A stretch of DNA of 63,365 bases, the filler included, from Malassezia furfur (lineage: Eukaryota): the NCBI GenBank assembly GCA_052055015.1. It is 27 parts of 27 records of this genome, joined end to end, with 100 filler letters (N's around TTAATTAATTAA, not from the genome) between each part and the next. Parts side by side here need not be neighbours in the genome. Positions count along the whole stretch, not along the records: positions 35,613 to 37,863 come from JBQJIT010000954.1; positions 37,964 to 40,207 come from JBQJIT010000955.1; positions 40,308 to 42,550 come from JBQJIT010000956.1; positions 42,651 to 44,892 come from JBQJIT010000957.1; positions 44,993 to 47,229 come from JBQJIT010000958.1; positions 47,330 to 49,565 come from JBQJIT010000959.1; 21 more parts are not named here. One strand, given 5' to 3'. Below are positions 35,613 to 47,982 of the stretch, piece after piece. Under the pieces are notes generated by a model. The model saw only the letters and a program-made list of their open reading frames with translations, was not told where the DNA came from and made no database searches. Position 1 is the stretch's first letter; each line of letters starts with the position of its first letter. The translations under genes were made by a program, and so were the position numbers.

Positions 35613-37863
35613 GCGGCATCGCTCGGCTCGGGCGCCGGCAGCGCCGCGGGCGTCGTCGTGCGCGAGCGCAGCACCCCCTGCGGGCGCGGCTCCTTGGCGC
35701 TGGGCTCGTCGGTGTCCAGGGTGCTGTCGGCGTCTTTCGCCCGGCCCTGCAGCTCGTACACCAGCACGTCGTGCTTCTCGGCAGGGAGCGCACTGCGCAG
35801 CGCATGCAGGCGGTCGGTGACCTGCTTCATGTGCGTCACGAGGAAGGGCGGCGGAAGGATCACCGAGATGGACGCACTCAGGATCAGGCGGTGGTACTTG
35901 CGCAGCGTTTCGGTGAGCAGGTGGCTGCGGTGCGTCTCTTCGTCGGCGTCGGCGGCCGCGCTGCCCGGCGCGTCCTCGGGCCCGTGCTGGATGTTCATCA
36001 CCGACCAGTCGAGCGACACGCCGAGGTCGCGGCGCACAAACTCCTCGAGCTTGAGGTTGTGCCCGACAAACACCATCAGCGCGAGGATCGCCTTGATGCG
36101 CCGCAGCTTGTCGATCGGCGCGCCGCGGAGCACAAGCGCACTGCTCACGTCCTTCGACACGACCTCGATGCGCAACAGCGGCTTGCGGCGCCCCGGCTCG
36201 TGCGCAAACGCATACGTGTCCACCGACAGGCACGCACACCGCCCGTGGCGCGGCTCGAGCGCGAGGCGGTCGATCGACGAGACGACGTCGGCCTGCGTGC
36301 ACCGCGCGATGATGTCGATCGACGAGCGCTTCATCGGCCAGAACACGGCGACGTGCGCCTCCTCGAACAGCTGCAGCGCATAGTACGACACCGACTTCTC
36401 CGCGACCACGACGTTGGGGCGCAGCGCAAGGATGCGCGCCACAAGGATCCGCAGGAACTCGTGCTCCTGCGCCATGATCGGCTCGAGCGACATGAGCTGG
36501 TTGGCGTTGCGGTGGTACTCGAGCGGAAAGGCAATCACCATGATGCGCGCATTGCGCACCGGTAGGAAACTCGCCATGCGCTTCGTCGCGACGTTCTTCG
36601 TGCAGATGTAGCCATCGAGAAACTCGCAGTCCGAGATGCGGCCGCCGGGCATGCACTTGATCTTGACAAAGTTGCGGATGTCCGTCAGGTAGGTGCTGCG
36701 CGTGCGCATGCGCACCCGCTCGATCACCGCAAGCGCCAGCAGCTTGACCGTCTCTTTCCACTCTTGCACGTCGCCGACGTGCTCGGCCACCAGCACCTGG
36801 TGCAGCATGCGCAGGAAGTAGACGAGCGACGGCGCACCCAGCGCCGTGCTGGTCACGAAGCGCGACGCGCCGCGCATCAGCTTCTGCCGCGCCGTGCGGC
36901 GCACCGGCGAGCCGGGCGCCTCGCGCGGGGTCGTCGGCGAGCCCGCGTCGTACTCCGACTCTGCGTGCTCCGGCTCGTCGGCGACCACCGGCCCGGGCTC
37001 GTCAAAGGACGCGTCGGTCAGCGGCGCCGGAGACGCCGCATCGTCCGCATCGAGGCCCGCACGGAACGGCGTGAGCGCTTCGGGCGCGCCGTCGGCCCCG
37101 GGCACATCGCCGGCGTCACCGGCGTCGGGCGCCTCGTCGACGTCCCACGACGCGTCCCACGCATCGCCGTCGTCGCGCGGCACGCGCCATGGCAGGGCGT
37201 GTGCGTCGCGCGAAAACAGCGTCGTGGCCGCAAACTGCGACTGTGGCGTGTGCAAATCGTCCACGTCGGGCTCGGTCGGCGAGAGCGGCGCGATGCTCGA
37301 CACGTCGTCGGCGCGCGCGGACGCCGCGGCGCGGTGCTCCGAGTCGATCGCCTCGCGCCGGTCGTACTCTTGCAGCATGCGCAGGCACTGATTGCACGTC
37401 CGGATCGCGTCCGCATGCCCGAACCGCGCGCCGGGCACAATGTTCGAGCAGCACTTGTGGCAAAAGATCTGGCCACAGATGCGGCAGTGGTGCCGCCGGC
37501 GCAGCGGCGTAAACGGCAAGAGGCAGTCGCGGCACTCCTTGGCGGTCTCGTCGGCCATCCAGTACTTGCGGCTGAGGCCCTCGCCCCGGAAGCGCCGGAT
37601 CCACGCATCCGCACTGGGGTAGGCGGGGCGGAAGGTGAGTGTGCTCATCGTGTCGTCGCCGACCTCGGAGCGCGTGTGCGGCACAGAGGCCAGCGAGTGC
37701 GTATCGTCGAGCACGTCGCCTCCCAGTGGGAAGCCGGGCACGCTCTGTGCGATCTGCGTGAGCTGCGACTCAGCCTCGGGCGAGGCGGCGCGCGGCACCG
37801 CCGTCGCCGACGGTGTGCCGGGCACCGACGCCAGCGACGTCGCCGACGACCCCGGCGAGCCGC
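35613..37863 (-). CDS. FAB1: PI3P 5-kinase Fab1/PIKfyve, N-terminal fragment (FYVE + CCT-like domain)
   Basis: YWMADE..KEC, RRRHHCRICGQIFC, VKIKCMPGG, ICTKNVA, LRPNVVVAEKSV. Confidence 0.93.
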
Positions 37864-37963
37864 NNNNNNNNNNNNNNNNNNNNNNNNNNNNNNNNNNNNN
37901 NNNNNNNTTAATTAATTAANNNNNNNNNNNNNNNNNNNNNNNNNNNNNNNNNNNNNNNNNNNN

Positions 37964-40202
37964 GCTTCGCGACGTCGTGCAGGAGCGCCGTCTGCCGCTC
38001 GGCGGGGAGCGTCGGCACCACGAGCGTCACGACCTCGCTCACCTGCTGCACGACCGCCGCGTCCGCGCCCACGAGCGCGTCGTCCGTGCGCAGCAGGCCG
38101 AGCAGGCGCAGGGGGAGCTGCACCGCGTACTTGGGCACGTCGGTGTGCCCCGCGGCGCGCTTCGCTTCGAGGCACACCTGCAGCGTCGCCAGCAGCGCAC
38201 ACGCATAGCCCACGCGCACGGCGTCCGCCCGTGGCTCACCGAGCGCCGTGTCGAGCAGCGCACAGAGGCGCACCACCAGCGCGTCGAACAGCTCGGGGCG
38301 CGCACACAGCCGCGCCAGCGCGCCGAGCGCGTCGCGGATCCGCGCGAGGTCCGCGTCGGCCGGCAGCGTGTACGGCAGCTGCGCCAGCAGGAACGGCAGC
38401 GTGTGCGCCTCGATGGCGCGCGTGTGCGTGCGCGCGATGCGCTCCAGCCCGCCGAGCGCCGCATCGCGCAGCGCCTCGGCGTGCGCGACGTCCGGGGCGA
38501 CGGCCACCGCTTGGATCGCGCGCGTGGCGTACTCGACCTCACTGGGGCGCAGCAGCGCCGGGATCTGCGTGAGCATCACGAGGCCGTGCAGCGCCGCGAC
38601 GTCGCGCCGCCGCTCGAGGCCGCGCAGCAGCGCCGAGAAGAGCGCGTCATGGAACGCGTCGAGCGGGCGGCCATCGGTGTCGTAGGTGCGCGCGCGCGGC
38701 GGCGCAGGGCTGTCGCGCGCCGGCGTCGGCTCCGCGTAGAGGCGCTGCACGAGGTCGAGGAGCGCCGCGAGCAGCGGGAGGACCGCCGCCTCGTCCTCGT
38801 CGTGCTCGTCGAGGTGGCGCAGGAGCTGCGTAAGCACCGCATGGATCGCCACCGTGGACGTCGTGGGCGTGGCGTCCAGCAGGCTCTGCACGAGCTGCAG
38901 CGTCGTCTTGGCGAGCGCCTTGCCCGGCTCGCCGAGGTTCAGCCGGCACTCGTCGAGCACCGTGGTGCCGATCCCAGGCAGCGCAGGCGAGGCGCCCGGC
39001 GTCGGTGCGTCGTCCATGGCGTCGTGCGGCACCGCGGCGGCCTCCGCCCCATACACCACGCGCAGGAGCGTTGTGAGGAGCGTCTGTGCACACGCCGCCG
39101 ATTCGTCGTCGGTCGGCTGCAGCACATCGAGTTTCAGGTGGCCCCACAGCGCGTCCGCATTCGCCTCGGCGGCCGCGCGGCCGTACACGGGCAGCGCCGC
39201 ATCGAGCGTGCGCAGCACATCGACCTTGGCGGTGCCCCCGCTCGCCGCGAGCTTCTCGAGGAGGAGCGGCATGGCCATCGGCGCAAACGCGGGCGATGCG
39301 CAGATGCACGCACGCAGCGCCTCCTTGAGCATGTCCGGCGTGATGTGGTACGGATCGTCGGGCGGCGGGCGGAAGGTGATGGGGAAGTAGCAAAAGAGGA
39401 TGTTGAAGAACGACTCGGTTTCGACCCGGTCCATCTCCCACTCGAGCAGCAGCACGCGCGCGATGCCAAACAGCACGAGCAGGTTGCGCGGGTCCTTTTC
39501 GCCGCCCACGAGCTTCGCATAGCCCGCAACAAAGCCGCTGCCCGGCGGCCCCTCGGTGCCCTCCGCGCCCTCCGCCGCGCGCCGCATCGTGAGCAGCGCC
39601 GCACGGTTGCGCGCCACGAGCGAGTCGAGCAGGCGGATGGTGGTGTGCCGCAGCGGCTGCGGATGGTTGCGCAGTTCCAGCGCGTCAAACAGCGCGCGGC
39701 TCACCACACACGCGTCCTGCCCCCCAAAGTGGTCGCGGCCCAGCGGCGTGTCGCGGTCGTAGCCCGCGCCGCTGAGCGCAAGCAGTGCCTCAAGACACGC
39801 CACGAGCATCTGGCTGAGCGCGAGCGTGCGCTGCTCGGCCTTTTGCTGCGCGCCGATCGGCGCCGTGGCCGGCACGAGGTGGCCGTCGTTGTGCTCGCGC
39901 GCGGCCGCCGACGCAATCGCCGTGGCGTCGGTGAGCTTCTCGCTGAAGAATGCCGTGAGGGTGCGGATCACCTGGCGCGTCAGCTGGGGGTGCGCGGGCG
40001 CGGCGTCCGTGAGGTGCGTCACGACGCGGCTCAGCAGCGTCACGGCGAGCGTGCGGGTGGCGTCCGACTCGGAGGTGAGGTGGGGGCCGAGCAGGCGCAC
40101 CACATCCAGCAGCGAGATCTGCGCTGTGGCAACATCGTCGAGCACCGACGGTGGGACGTCGGCCAACGTGCCCTGCACATACGCCGCGATCGCCGCCTCC
40201 AT
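37964..40202 (-). CDS. MMS19: MMS19/Met18 HEAT-repeat Fe-S targeting protein (3' truncated)
   Basis: GEKDPRNLL, FCYFPITFRPPPDDPYHIT, PLLLEKL. Confidence 0.92.
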
Positions 40203-40447
40203 CGCGANNNNNNNNNNNNNNNNNNNNNNNNNNNNNNNNNNNNNNNNNNNNTTAATTAATTAANNNNNNNNNNNNNNNNNNNNNNNNNNNNNNNNNNNNN
40301 NNNNNNNACACGGTGAGACTAGGGACGCGGCGCATCTCAACCAGAAAATTAATGGGACATCATACCGCGCGCCCTAGCGCATGGGGTACCGAAATCAACG
40401 TCAGGCCAGCGTCAGAACGACATAGGGCAACTAGGTTCGGGATGCGC

Positions 40448-41096
40448 TTAGAGCAGCACAGCACCACCAGCGACCACGGCCACCGCAGCGGCGGCAGCGG
40501 GGACGGCGTACTTGGACGCGCTGCCGCTCGTGGGCCGGTCGATCTTGTCCGCAGGCTTGAAGTTGGGGATACCACCGGCGCTAATGCTGCTAATGATACC
40601 CTGGTAGAACGACTGCGGTTAGTACATGGAGCGCCTGTGCACACGTACGTAGACAATGTCCGACTTGGAGGCGGTCACCGTAGGGTAGTACTTGATCACC
40701 GAGTTGGCCATATCGTTGGCAACCTCGCTCACACCGCGGCCCTGGGGACCAGCCGAGTGCTCGCCGATAAAGTAGCTCACCAGCGAGGAGACTGTTATGG
40801 TCAGTTGCGGACTGCATCAACGTACGGTTGTAGGGGGGCACCGTGGTCGAGCTGTACTTGCAGTCAATCTGGTGCACGTTGGGCTCGAACAGAGCCGAGC
40901 ACACGCCGCTCGACGAGCTGGCACCCGAGCTGCCCTCGGCCTGAGAGCTCGAGGCCGGGGCGGCGCTGGGCGAGGCCGACGACTCAGCGGCGGCCGTCGA
41001 CGAAGCGGGAGCCGCAGCAGAGGGCGAGGCCTCCTGGGCAAAGGCACCGGCAACGGCGACAGCAAGAAGAGCAAGGGGGGTGCTAAGCTTCACCAT
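40448..41096 (-). CDS. Small predicted GPI-anchored Ser/Ala-rich surface protein (192 aa); introns 40792-40825 and 40613-40648
   Basis: Signal peptide MVKLSTPLALLAVAVAGAFA, a Ser/Ala tract and two Cys; the spliced C-terminus is SGSASKYAVPAAAAAVAVVAGGAVLL*. Confidence 0.8.
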
Positions 41097-41740
41097 AGTA
41101 ACAATCGGAGAGTGCTGGTGCGGTGGGAAAACAAGGGAGGCGGCTCTGGGTTTTCTATCAGCGGGCGACTGCCACTCGGTCGGTTTTGGTCGGATATGGG
41201 TCACCAAACAATACACATCCTATTAAATCTCCATTCCCATTGCACATCGACATTTGCGGAAGGCACGTATATCGGCCGATGGGAGAACGGGCGCCTCTCG
41301 CTGGCCTGATGCACCCATTACATCTGCGGTATGGGCAGGATCGGCGGGTTGTGTCAATTAGTCGTAGAAGCTGCAGGCACGATTGGCCTGAGCACTGCAT
41401 AGAGCTGCGGCATTCTGCATTAGGATAAACACGGACAAAAGCCCGCGCGCTTACGCGGTCTTCGTCATTTTCGCCCATTCGGCCGAAAGTGTGTGGAGGC
41501 GACGCGCGGCAGACGGAGTTCCTCGCCAAAGTCCGCACTGGGCGCGTGCGCACAGCAACAACGTAAGCGTCCGCGGCCTTTCCGCGTGCATACACGCGCT
41601 CCTACGCGCGTCCGTGCAGCAGGTACAGAGGCGCTTGCGACGCACCTTGCGCGCCACACGCAAGGGTCGCGACGGTGTAGAGAGTTTCACAGTGAAGAAC
41701 AAAAGATACAGGAGCCACGGCCTATACAGGTATTGAGTCG

Positions 41741-42518
41741 TCAGCAGCATCCCCCCTGCTTGCCCGAGGTGCCGCCCACGCCGAAGCTACCTTTGCCCGA
41801 CTGGCCGGCCAGGCCCGAGGTGCCTGGCGTACCAGGGACATTGCTTGTGATGCCCTGGTCCACGAGGTGGTCCTTGACTTGCTGCGCCAACTTGAAAAAG
41901 GCCTCGTCCACATTCGTGTTCGACTTGGCCGACGTCTCGACATAGGTTAGCCCGAGCTCGTCGGCAAGCGCTTGCGCTTGCTCCGTAGTAACCGCCTGTG
42001 TGTCAGCACCGGGCCGTGATGCAGTGTACTTACACGCTTCTCTTCCCAGTCGCACTTGTTCCCGACCAAGATCTTGCGCACGCCCTCGCTCGCGTGCTGC
42101 TCGACATCCTTGTACCAGTTCCGGATGTCTTGGCTGTAAGCAACCGTTGTACATACCGTTGAAACTCTTCTCGTCCGTCAGGTCAAAGACGAGCAAGATG
42201 CCCATAGCACCGCGGTAGTATGCAGTTGTGATGGTGCGGAAGCGCTCCTGGCCCGCAGTGTCCCACTGAAATGTGAGTTCCTGTGCCGCATACATACGAT
42301 CTGGAGCTTCACTCGCTTGCCATCCACTTCAATCGTGCGGATTTTGAAGTCAATCCCGATCGTCGTGATGAACGACGGCGTCCATGCATCGTCGCAGAAC
42401 CGGAGAAGCAAGCAAGACTTGCCGACACCTGCATCGTCAGACTACACTGTTGACGGAACGTACCAGAGTCACCGATTAGCAGTAGCTTGACGAGGAGGTC
42501 GTAGTGAGGCTGTGGCAT
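41741..42518 (-). CDS. SEC4: Rab GTPase Sec4/Rab8; introns 42429-42463, 42266-42297, 42129-42156, 41996-42033
   Basis: Spliced product: [56 protein letters not shown], and a C-terminal GGCC prenylation motif. Confidence 0.95.
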
Positions 42519-42650
42519 GATAGACGAACGCGACACAGAATGATGCGATGNNNNNNNNNNNNNNNNNNNNNNNNNNNNNNNNNNNNNNNNNNNNTTAATT
42601 AATTAANNNNNNNNNNNNNNNNNNNNNNNNNNNNNNNNNNNNNNNNNNNN

Positions 42651-43215
42651 TCGCGCGCCTCGGCCTCGAGGTCCGCACGTGCCACGACCAGCGCACCGGC
42701 GACGCGTCGCTCGTGCTCGTCAACACCAAGGCGGACGCCCTCGCAGAGCTCGCGACGCCGTACACGGCCGTCGAGCTCGCGTACATCAAGTCGGTGGTAC
42801 GTGTGCACCGTTCACCCAGATCGCCGCACTCCTGCGCACCGCCCCGCGCTTTGCGCTGCCCTCCACCGCCGCGCTCCAACTCGCGGCGCCCGCGCAGCTG
42901 ACGAAGCGCGCCGCCGCGGATCTGCTGACGAACCTCGAGGAGCGCGGCTGGGTGCACCTCTCGCGCACCACCGGCTCGTACACGCTGACGCTGCGCGCGC
43001 TCCACGAGCTCGACACCTACCTACGGCACGAGGCCGAAGACGAGGTGCTCGAGTGCGTCGCGTGCCATGCGCTCGTCACGCTCGGCGAGCAGTGCGCCTC
43101 GCCGGGGTGCCGCGCGGCGCTGCACACCGCATGCCGCGCGTGGCGCACCGCCGAGCCGCACCGCGCGTGTCCGCAGTGCGGCGCACCCTGGCAGGGGACT
43201 CCAGTGGGCGACTAA
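42651..43215 (+). CDS. NSE1: Smc5/6 subunit Nse1 (5' truncated); intron 42797-42819
   Basis: LVNTKAD..AELATPYT, LEERGW, RALHELDTYL, and a RING-like CVAC..C..C..HTAC..CPQC..W. Confidence 0.85.
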
Positions 43216-43219
43216 CAAC

Positions 43220-44480
43220 CTACAGCTTGGCGTCGCGCACCACGCGGTCGATCCACGAGGCGACGTAGTCGACGTTGCTCGGGTTCAGGCCCGACAGGCT
43301 GATCCGCGACGTCTTGACGAGGTAGATGTGCCCCTCTTCGGTGAGGCGGCTGCACTGCTCCTGGTTCAGGCCCAGGAACGAGAACATGCCGATCTGCGAC
43401 AGGATGTGGTCCCACGAGCCCGGCGTCTTGTACTTTTGCGTGAGCGCCTCGTACAGCGCCTTGCGCATGTCCATGATGCGGTGCGACATCGTCTGGATGT
43501 CGGAGAGCCACTGCGCGTGCAGCTTCGGCTCGGTGAGCACCTTGGCCACGACGCGCGCGCCGAACGCGGGGCACGTGCTGATCTCGCTGCGCTGCTGCGC
43601 GTTCACCTGGCTCTGCACCTTGCTCACCTCGTCGGGCGACGGCACCACAATGTGCAGCGCACCGATGCGCTCGCCGTACAAACCCGTGTTCTTCGCGAAG
43701 CTCTGGCAGACGAGCATCGGGATGCGGTTCGCCTCAAACAGGCGCACGCTGTACGCGTCCTTGTCGGGGTCGCCCGACGCAAAGCCCTGGTAGGCGCAGT
43801 CAAAGAAGGCAAAGTGGCCCTTCTCCTGGAAGATGCCCAAGAGCTCCTCCCACTGCGCGTGGCTCGGGTCGACACCGCTGGGGTTGTGCGCGCACGCGTG
43901 CATCAGCACCACGCTGCCGTTCGGCATCGCACGCAGCGCCTTCTTGTAGCCCTCGATGTTCAGCGAAAAGGTCGCAGGGTCGTAGTAGGTGTACTCTTCC
44001 GTCTCGAGGCCCACGGCGTGCATCATCGCAAAGTGGTTCGGCCACGTCGGGTTCGACACGTAGATCTTCTTCTTGCCCTCGGGGAAGTCGTAGTAGCGCA
44101 CGAGCATCTCGCCGCCGACGTGCAGCGCACCCGAGCCGCTGAGCATCTGGTTGCTGACGATGCGCTTCTCCTTCAACGCGGGGCTGTCCTTGCCAAACAG
44201 CAGCAGCGCACTCGCCTCGAGGAAGTCGGGCAGGCCGGTCATTGTCAGGTACTCGTGCTCCCACTCGGGGTCGTCGTTCAGCTCCTGGATCGCGCCCTTG
44301 ACCGCCGGCAGCACCCACGGCTTGCCGTGGTCGTCGCGGTACGCACCCACACCGAGGTTCACCTTCTTCGGGTTCGAGTCGTTCTTAAAGTCAGCGACGA
44401 GCTGCAGGATCCTGGCGTCAGTCGCGCGCGACGCACATGTCCGGCGGCGCCAGCGGCACATTCTTCCACGGGTCCATCAT
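43220..44480 (-). CDS. AAT2: Aspartate aminotransferase with C-terminal PTS1 (-AKL); intron 44412-44436
   Basis: VPLAPPD, KVNLGVGAYRD, HACAHNPSG, FFDCAYQGFASG, PLP lysine motif QSFAKNTGLYGER, QIGMFS. Confidence 0.95.
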
Positions 44481-44719
44481 GACGGGCAGATTAACGTTGC
44501 AAAAAGCGCGCGCTGATACGCTCACCCGCCCCAGGGCCCGGTCACGTGATGCATGTTTGTGCGGGGGCCGGGCGTGTGGCTGGGCACGGCGCAGGGGCAG
44601 GGGCAGGTGGAGACATGAGCGTGCATTGGCGTATGGACAAAGAAACTACGGATCGCCCGCACCCTTGCGTGTGCGGGCCGACGGGGCGAGGCTAGGGGGC
44701 GAGGGGTATGGGTATGGGA

Positions 44720-44892
44720 TTAGTGTGCGAGGCCCCGGCTCCCCGTCGTCCGCTCGTTCTCCAGCTTTTGCTTGTTGGCCGCAAACGCCGCGTTGCGCAC
44801 CTGCTCTTGCTGCGCACACTTGTGCGTCTCCGGCAGGCGGTGCTTGCCGCAAAAGTTCAGGCCGCAGTGCGGGCACTGCCCGACGATCTGGA
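44720..44892 (-). CDS. AN1-type zinc finger protein, C-terminus
   Basis: Manual translation: IVGQCPHCGLNFCGKHRLPETHKC...AFAANKQKLENERT...*. Confidence 0.82.
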
Positions 44893-44992
44893 NNNNNNNN
44901 NNNNNNNNNNNNNNNNNNNNNNNNNNNNNNNNNNNNTTAATTAATTAANNNNNNNNNNNNNNNNNNNNNNNNNNNNNNNNNNNNNNNNNNNN

Positions 44993-45696
44993 CCGGCACC
45001 GCGCAGCGCCGCCGAAGTGACGGGCCGCGGGGCCTGGACGGCGGCGGCCGGCTGGGCGAGCGGCGTCTCTGTGATGGGCGGCGCGGGAATCGACGTCTGC
45101 GTCAGCGCCGGCGATGCGGTGCCCGACGAAGCGGCATCGGTCGCCACGGACGCGCTAGCTGGGGCCACTGGGGCCGCGGTGCTCGACGCCGACGGTGCAT
45201 CCCACTCGTCAAAGAAGTCGAGATCGGCGCCCTTGGCACCCTTGGCGCCGCCTGACGGTGCCACGCCCGGAATCGCGAACGGCGCGTTGAGGCCAAGTCC
45301 TGCAGCATCCTGAAGTGCCCTGCGGTGCAGCTCCTCCTTGTAGAGCGCCGCGACCTGCGATGTGTATTTCTCCTTGCCCTGCGTCGAGGGGGCGAGCAAG
45401 GCACTGCCGCCGTGCGCGGCGAAAAAGTCGCTCGCTGCACCATTCCCGCCGACCTTCATGAGGCGCAACTGCTGCCATGTCCACGAGTCGAGGTTCGTGG
45501 ACCGCACGAAGGTGATGTGCACTCCCATGTTTCGGTGGACGGACGAGCAGTCGAGGCAAATGTACACGGCGAACGTCGCGCTGGCCCACGTCGGGTTTTT
45601 CGCACCGCAGTCGAAGCACACCTTGTTGGCTTTGTGTGCATTCTTGAACGTCTTGAAGATCTCGGCAATCTCCTCTTTCGCGGGCCCAGACGCCAT
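44993..45696 (-). CDS. GLO3: ArfGAP Glo3 (3' truncated)
   Basis: [47 protein letters not shown]. Confidence 0.92.
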
Positions 45697-45908
45697 CTCG
45701 TCGCTGCACCCGAAGGGGACGTGTTGAAGCGGCGCGTCGCAGCGCCTGGGAAATAATGCACCGGGGGCCTTCTAGGTCGCTCGCCGGATGACGGCGGCAG
45801 GGGGGGCCCTCTGCGCCACGCACGGCGCTTTTGTGCTCGCTCTGCTCACCTGCATTGATGGCCTTGCGCGGATCCGCGCACAATCAAAATACGGGCGCTG
45901 CAGTCTTG

Positions 45909-47229
45909 ATGAACTCAGGGTAGGTGGCGCATCTCACGCAGACGTCCCTCTTCCAACAGTGCAGGCCCCTCGCTGGGCTTCGCGAACGCCGGCGGCATGG
46001 CCGGCAGCCATCCCGGCTTCGCTTCCGGCGCCTCCAACTCGGCGAATTTGGATTTGAACGACTTCCCTGCGCTCGGATCGCAAGGCGCACAGGTCAGCTC
46101 TGGCGGCGCAAACAGCAACCTGTTCTCGCCGTATGCGACACAGGCCGCCGCGGGTCTTTCCAACTCTTCGATGAACATGGGGATGATGGGGATGCTTTCG
46201 CGCGGCGCGCCCTTTACGCACGATGAGTTTCCCGCGCTGAATCCCGCGCAGCCTGCGGCATCAGAGCCGCGCGGTGCGCACGGCGTATCGACTAGCATGC
46301 ACCCCATGGGTACGTTGCTTCTGCTCACACAGACCACGCAGCGCCAGTCGCATGGCAACAGGAGCAGCAGCAACAACAACGGCAAAATCTCGTGCGTAGA
46401 CACGCGTGGCTTACGCAGGCGCAGGACCTTGCCCGGAAACACAATTTACACGGCCCGCAGTCGCCGAGCACCCTGAACCAGCCGGCGGCGCCATCTGCGT
46501 GGATGCAGTCGTACGGCGCGCAGCAGCCTGCAGCATTGAACCGGTTAGGCCTGGCACGGTCGGCGGGCGAGGGCGGCGCGGGGATACGCATGGAACACCC
46601 CGCGGACGTCGAGGCCAAGTCGCTTGAGATGGCGGCGCATGACGTGCCGGGGCATGCGGCGTTTGTGGCGAACAACGATGCGGTACAGCGGCCTATTCAC
46701 CAGGTGCTGGCGTCGCCCGCGGACCGATTTGGGCTTGTGGGGCTCGTAAGCCTGATCAAGACGCAGGATCCCGACATGTCAATGCTGACGATGGGCAATA
46801 ATTTGCAGACGCTTGGCATGAACCTTGACTCGCTTGACTCGCTCGCCGCGTCCTTTGTGACGCCCTGGTCGCAGGACCCAACGCTGGCGTCCATGCAGGT
46901 CGAACCGGCATACCAACTGCCGAGCTGCTACAACGTCCAGCCACCACCTCCGGCGCAGACCAAGATTGCGAGTTTCAGCGACGAAACGCTCTTTTTCATC
47001 TTCTATTCGACGCCACGGGACGTGCTGCAAGAAGTTGCGGCGCAGGAGTTGTATGCGCGCAACTGGCGCTACCACAAGGGCCTGCACCTCTGGCTCACCA
47101 AGGAACAGAATACGGAGCCGCTGCAAAAGACCCCCACGTACGAACGCGGGACTTATGTCTTCTTCGACCCGGGTTCCTGGGAAAAGGTGTCCAAGAGCTT
47201 TGTGCTGATGTACGAAATGCTCGAGGAAA
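45909..47229 (+). CDS. NOT2: CCR4-NOT subunit Not2 (3' truncated); introns 45920-45941 (candidate), 46310-46332, 46392-46418 (candidate, in-frame)
   Basis: DFPAL motifs, DRFGLVGL, and the NOT box FSDETLFFIFY..PRDVLQ..AAQELY.RNWRYHK. Confidence 0.9.
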
Positions 47230-47329
47230 NNNNNNNNNNNNNNNNNNNNNNNNNNNNNNNNNNNNNNNNNNNNTTAATTAATTAANNNNNNNNNNNNNNN
47301 NNNNNNNNNNNNNNNNNNNNNNNNNNNNN

Positions 47330-47432
47330 CCAGGCTCTTCACGTTACGCGAGGTGAGCGTAATGCGGATCTTGTGCAGCTTCACGGGCGCAGCGGCGGCA
47401 TCGACTTCCTTGTCCTTGGCGACGTAGCTCAT
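47330..47432 (-). CDS. RPS20: 40S ribosomal protein S20 (uS10), N-terminus
   Basis: KLHKIRITLTSRNVKSL. Confidence 0.93.
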
Positions 47433-47982
47433 CTTGTCAATTCTTCGATGGAAACCAGCGGTGACCAAGTTAAGGAAAGACGACACTCCGTCCGTCTGCG
47501 ACTAGGCAAAGAAAATCACGTGATGTACTACTACACGTGCAAAGGCCCTCGCGAGACGCGTCGAAGGCTCGCCGGCCTCGCGCGCGCATGTCACGACAAC
47601 GGCGCCGCCGGCACCGTTGCAAACAGACGCATAGTACAAGGGCCTTGCGCATGTCGAGGTATGGCACGCGCCACATGAGCAACAGGCATCTTTTATAGGC
47701 TGCTGAATCATTCGAGGTGTTCGCGCCATCATCCTATCGAAAGACGCTTAGGGCATGTAGAGCTATCACCCATGGGATCGCGGGATCGCAGCAGTAGACC
47801 TTTGCTGCTCTGGTTTTCCGGCTTCGTCGCGCACAGCGGCGGCGCGCGGAGCCGCAAGCGGCGATGTCGCGACCCTTGTGGAGGCCACAACTCCACCGGA
47901 TCTGGCGCAGATATCCCCCCACTTAGCCCCTTGATCGAGCTTCCGGCGAACTTACCCACTCGAGAGGGCGTGGCGCATAACG

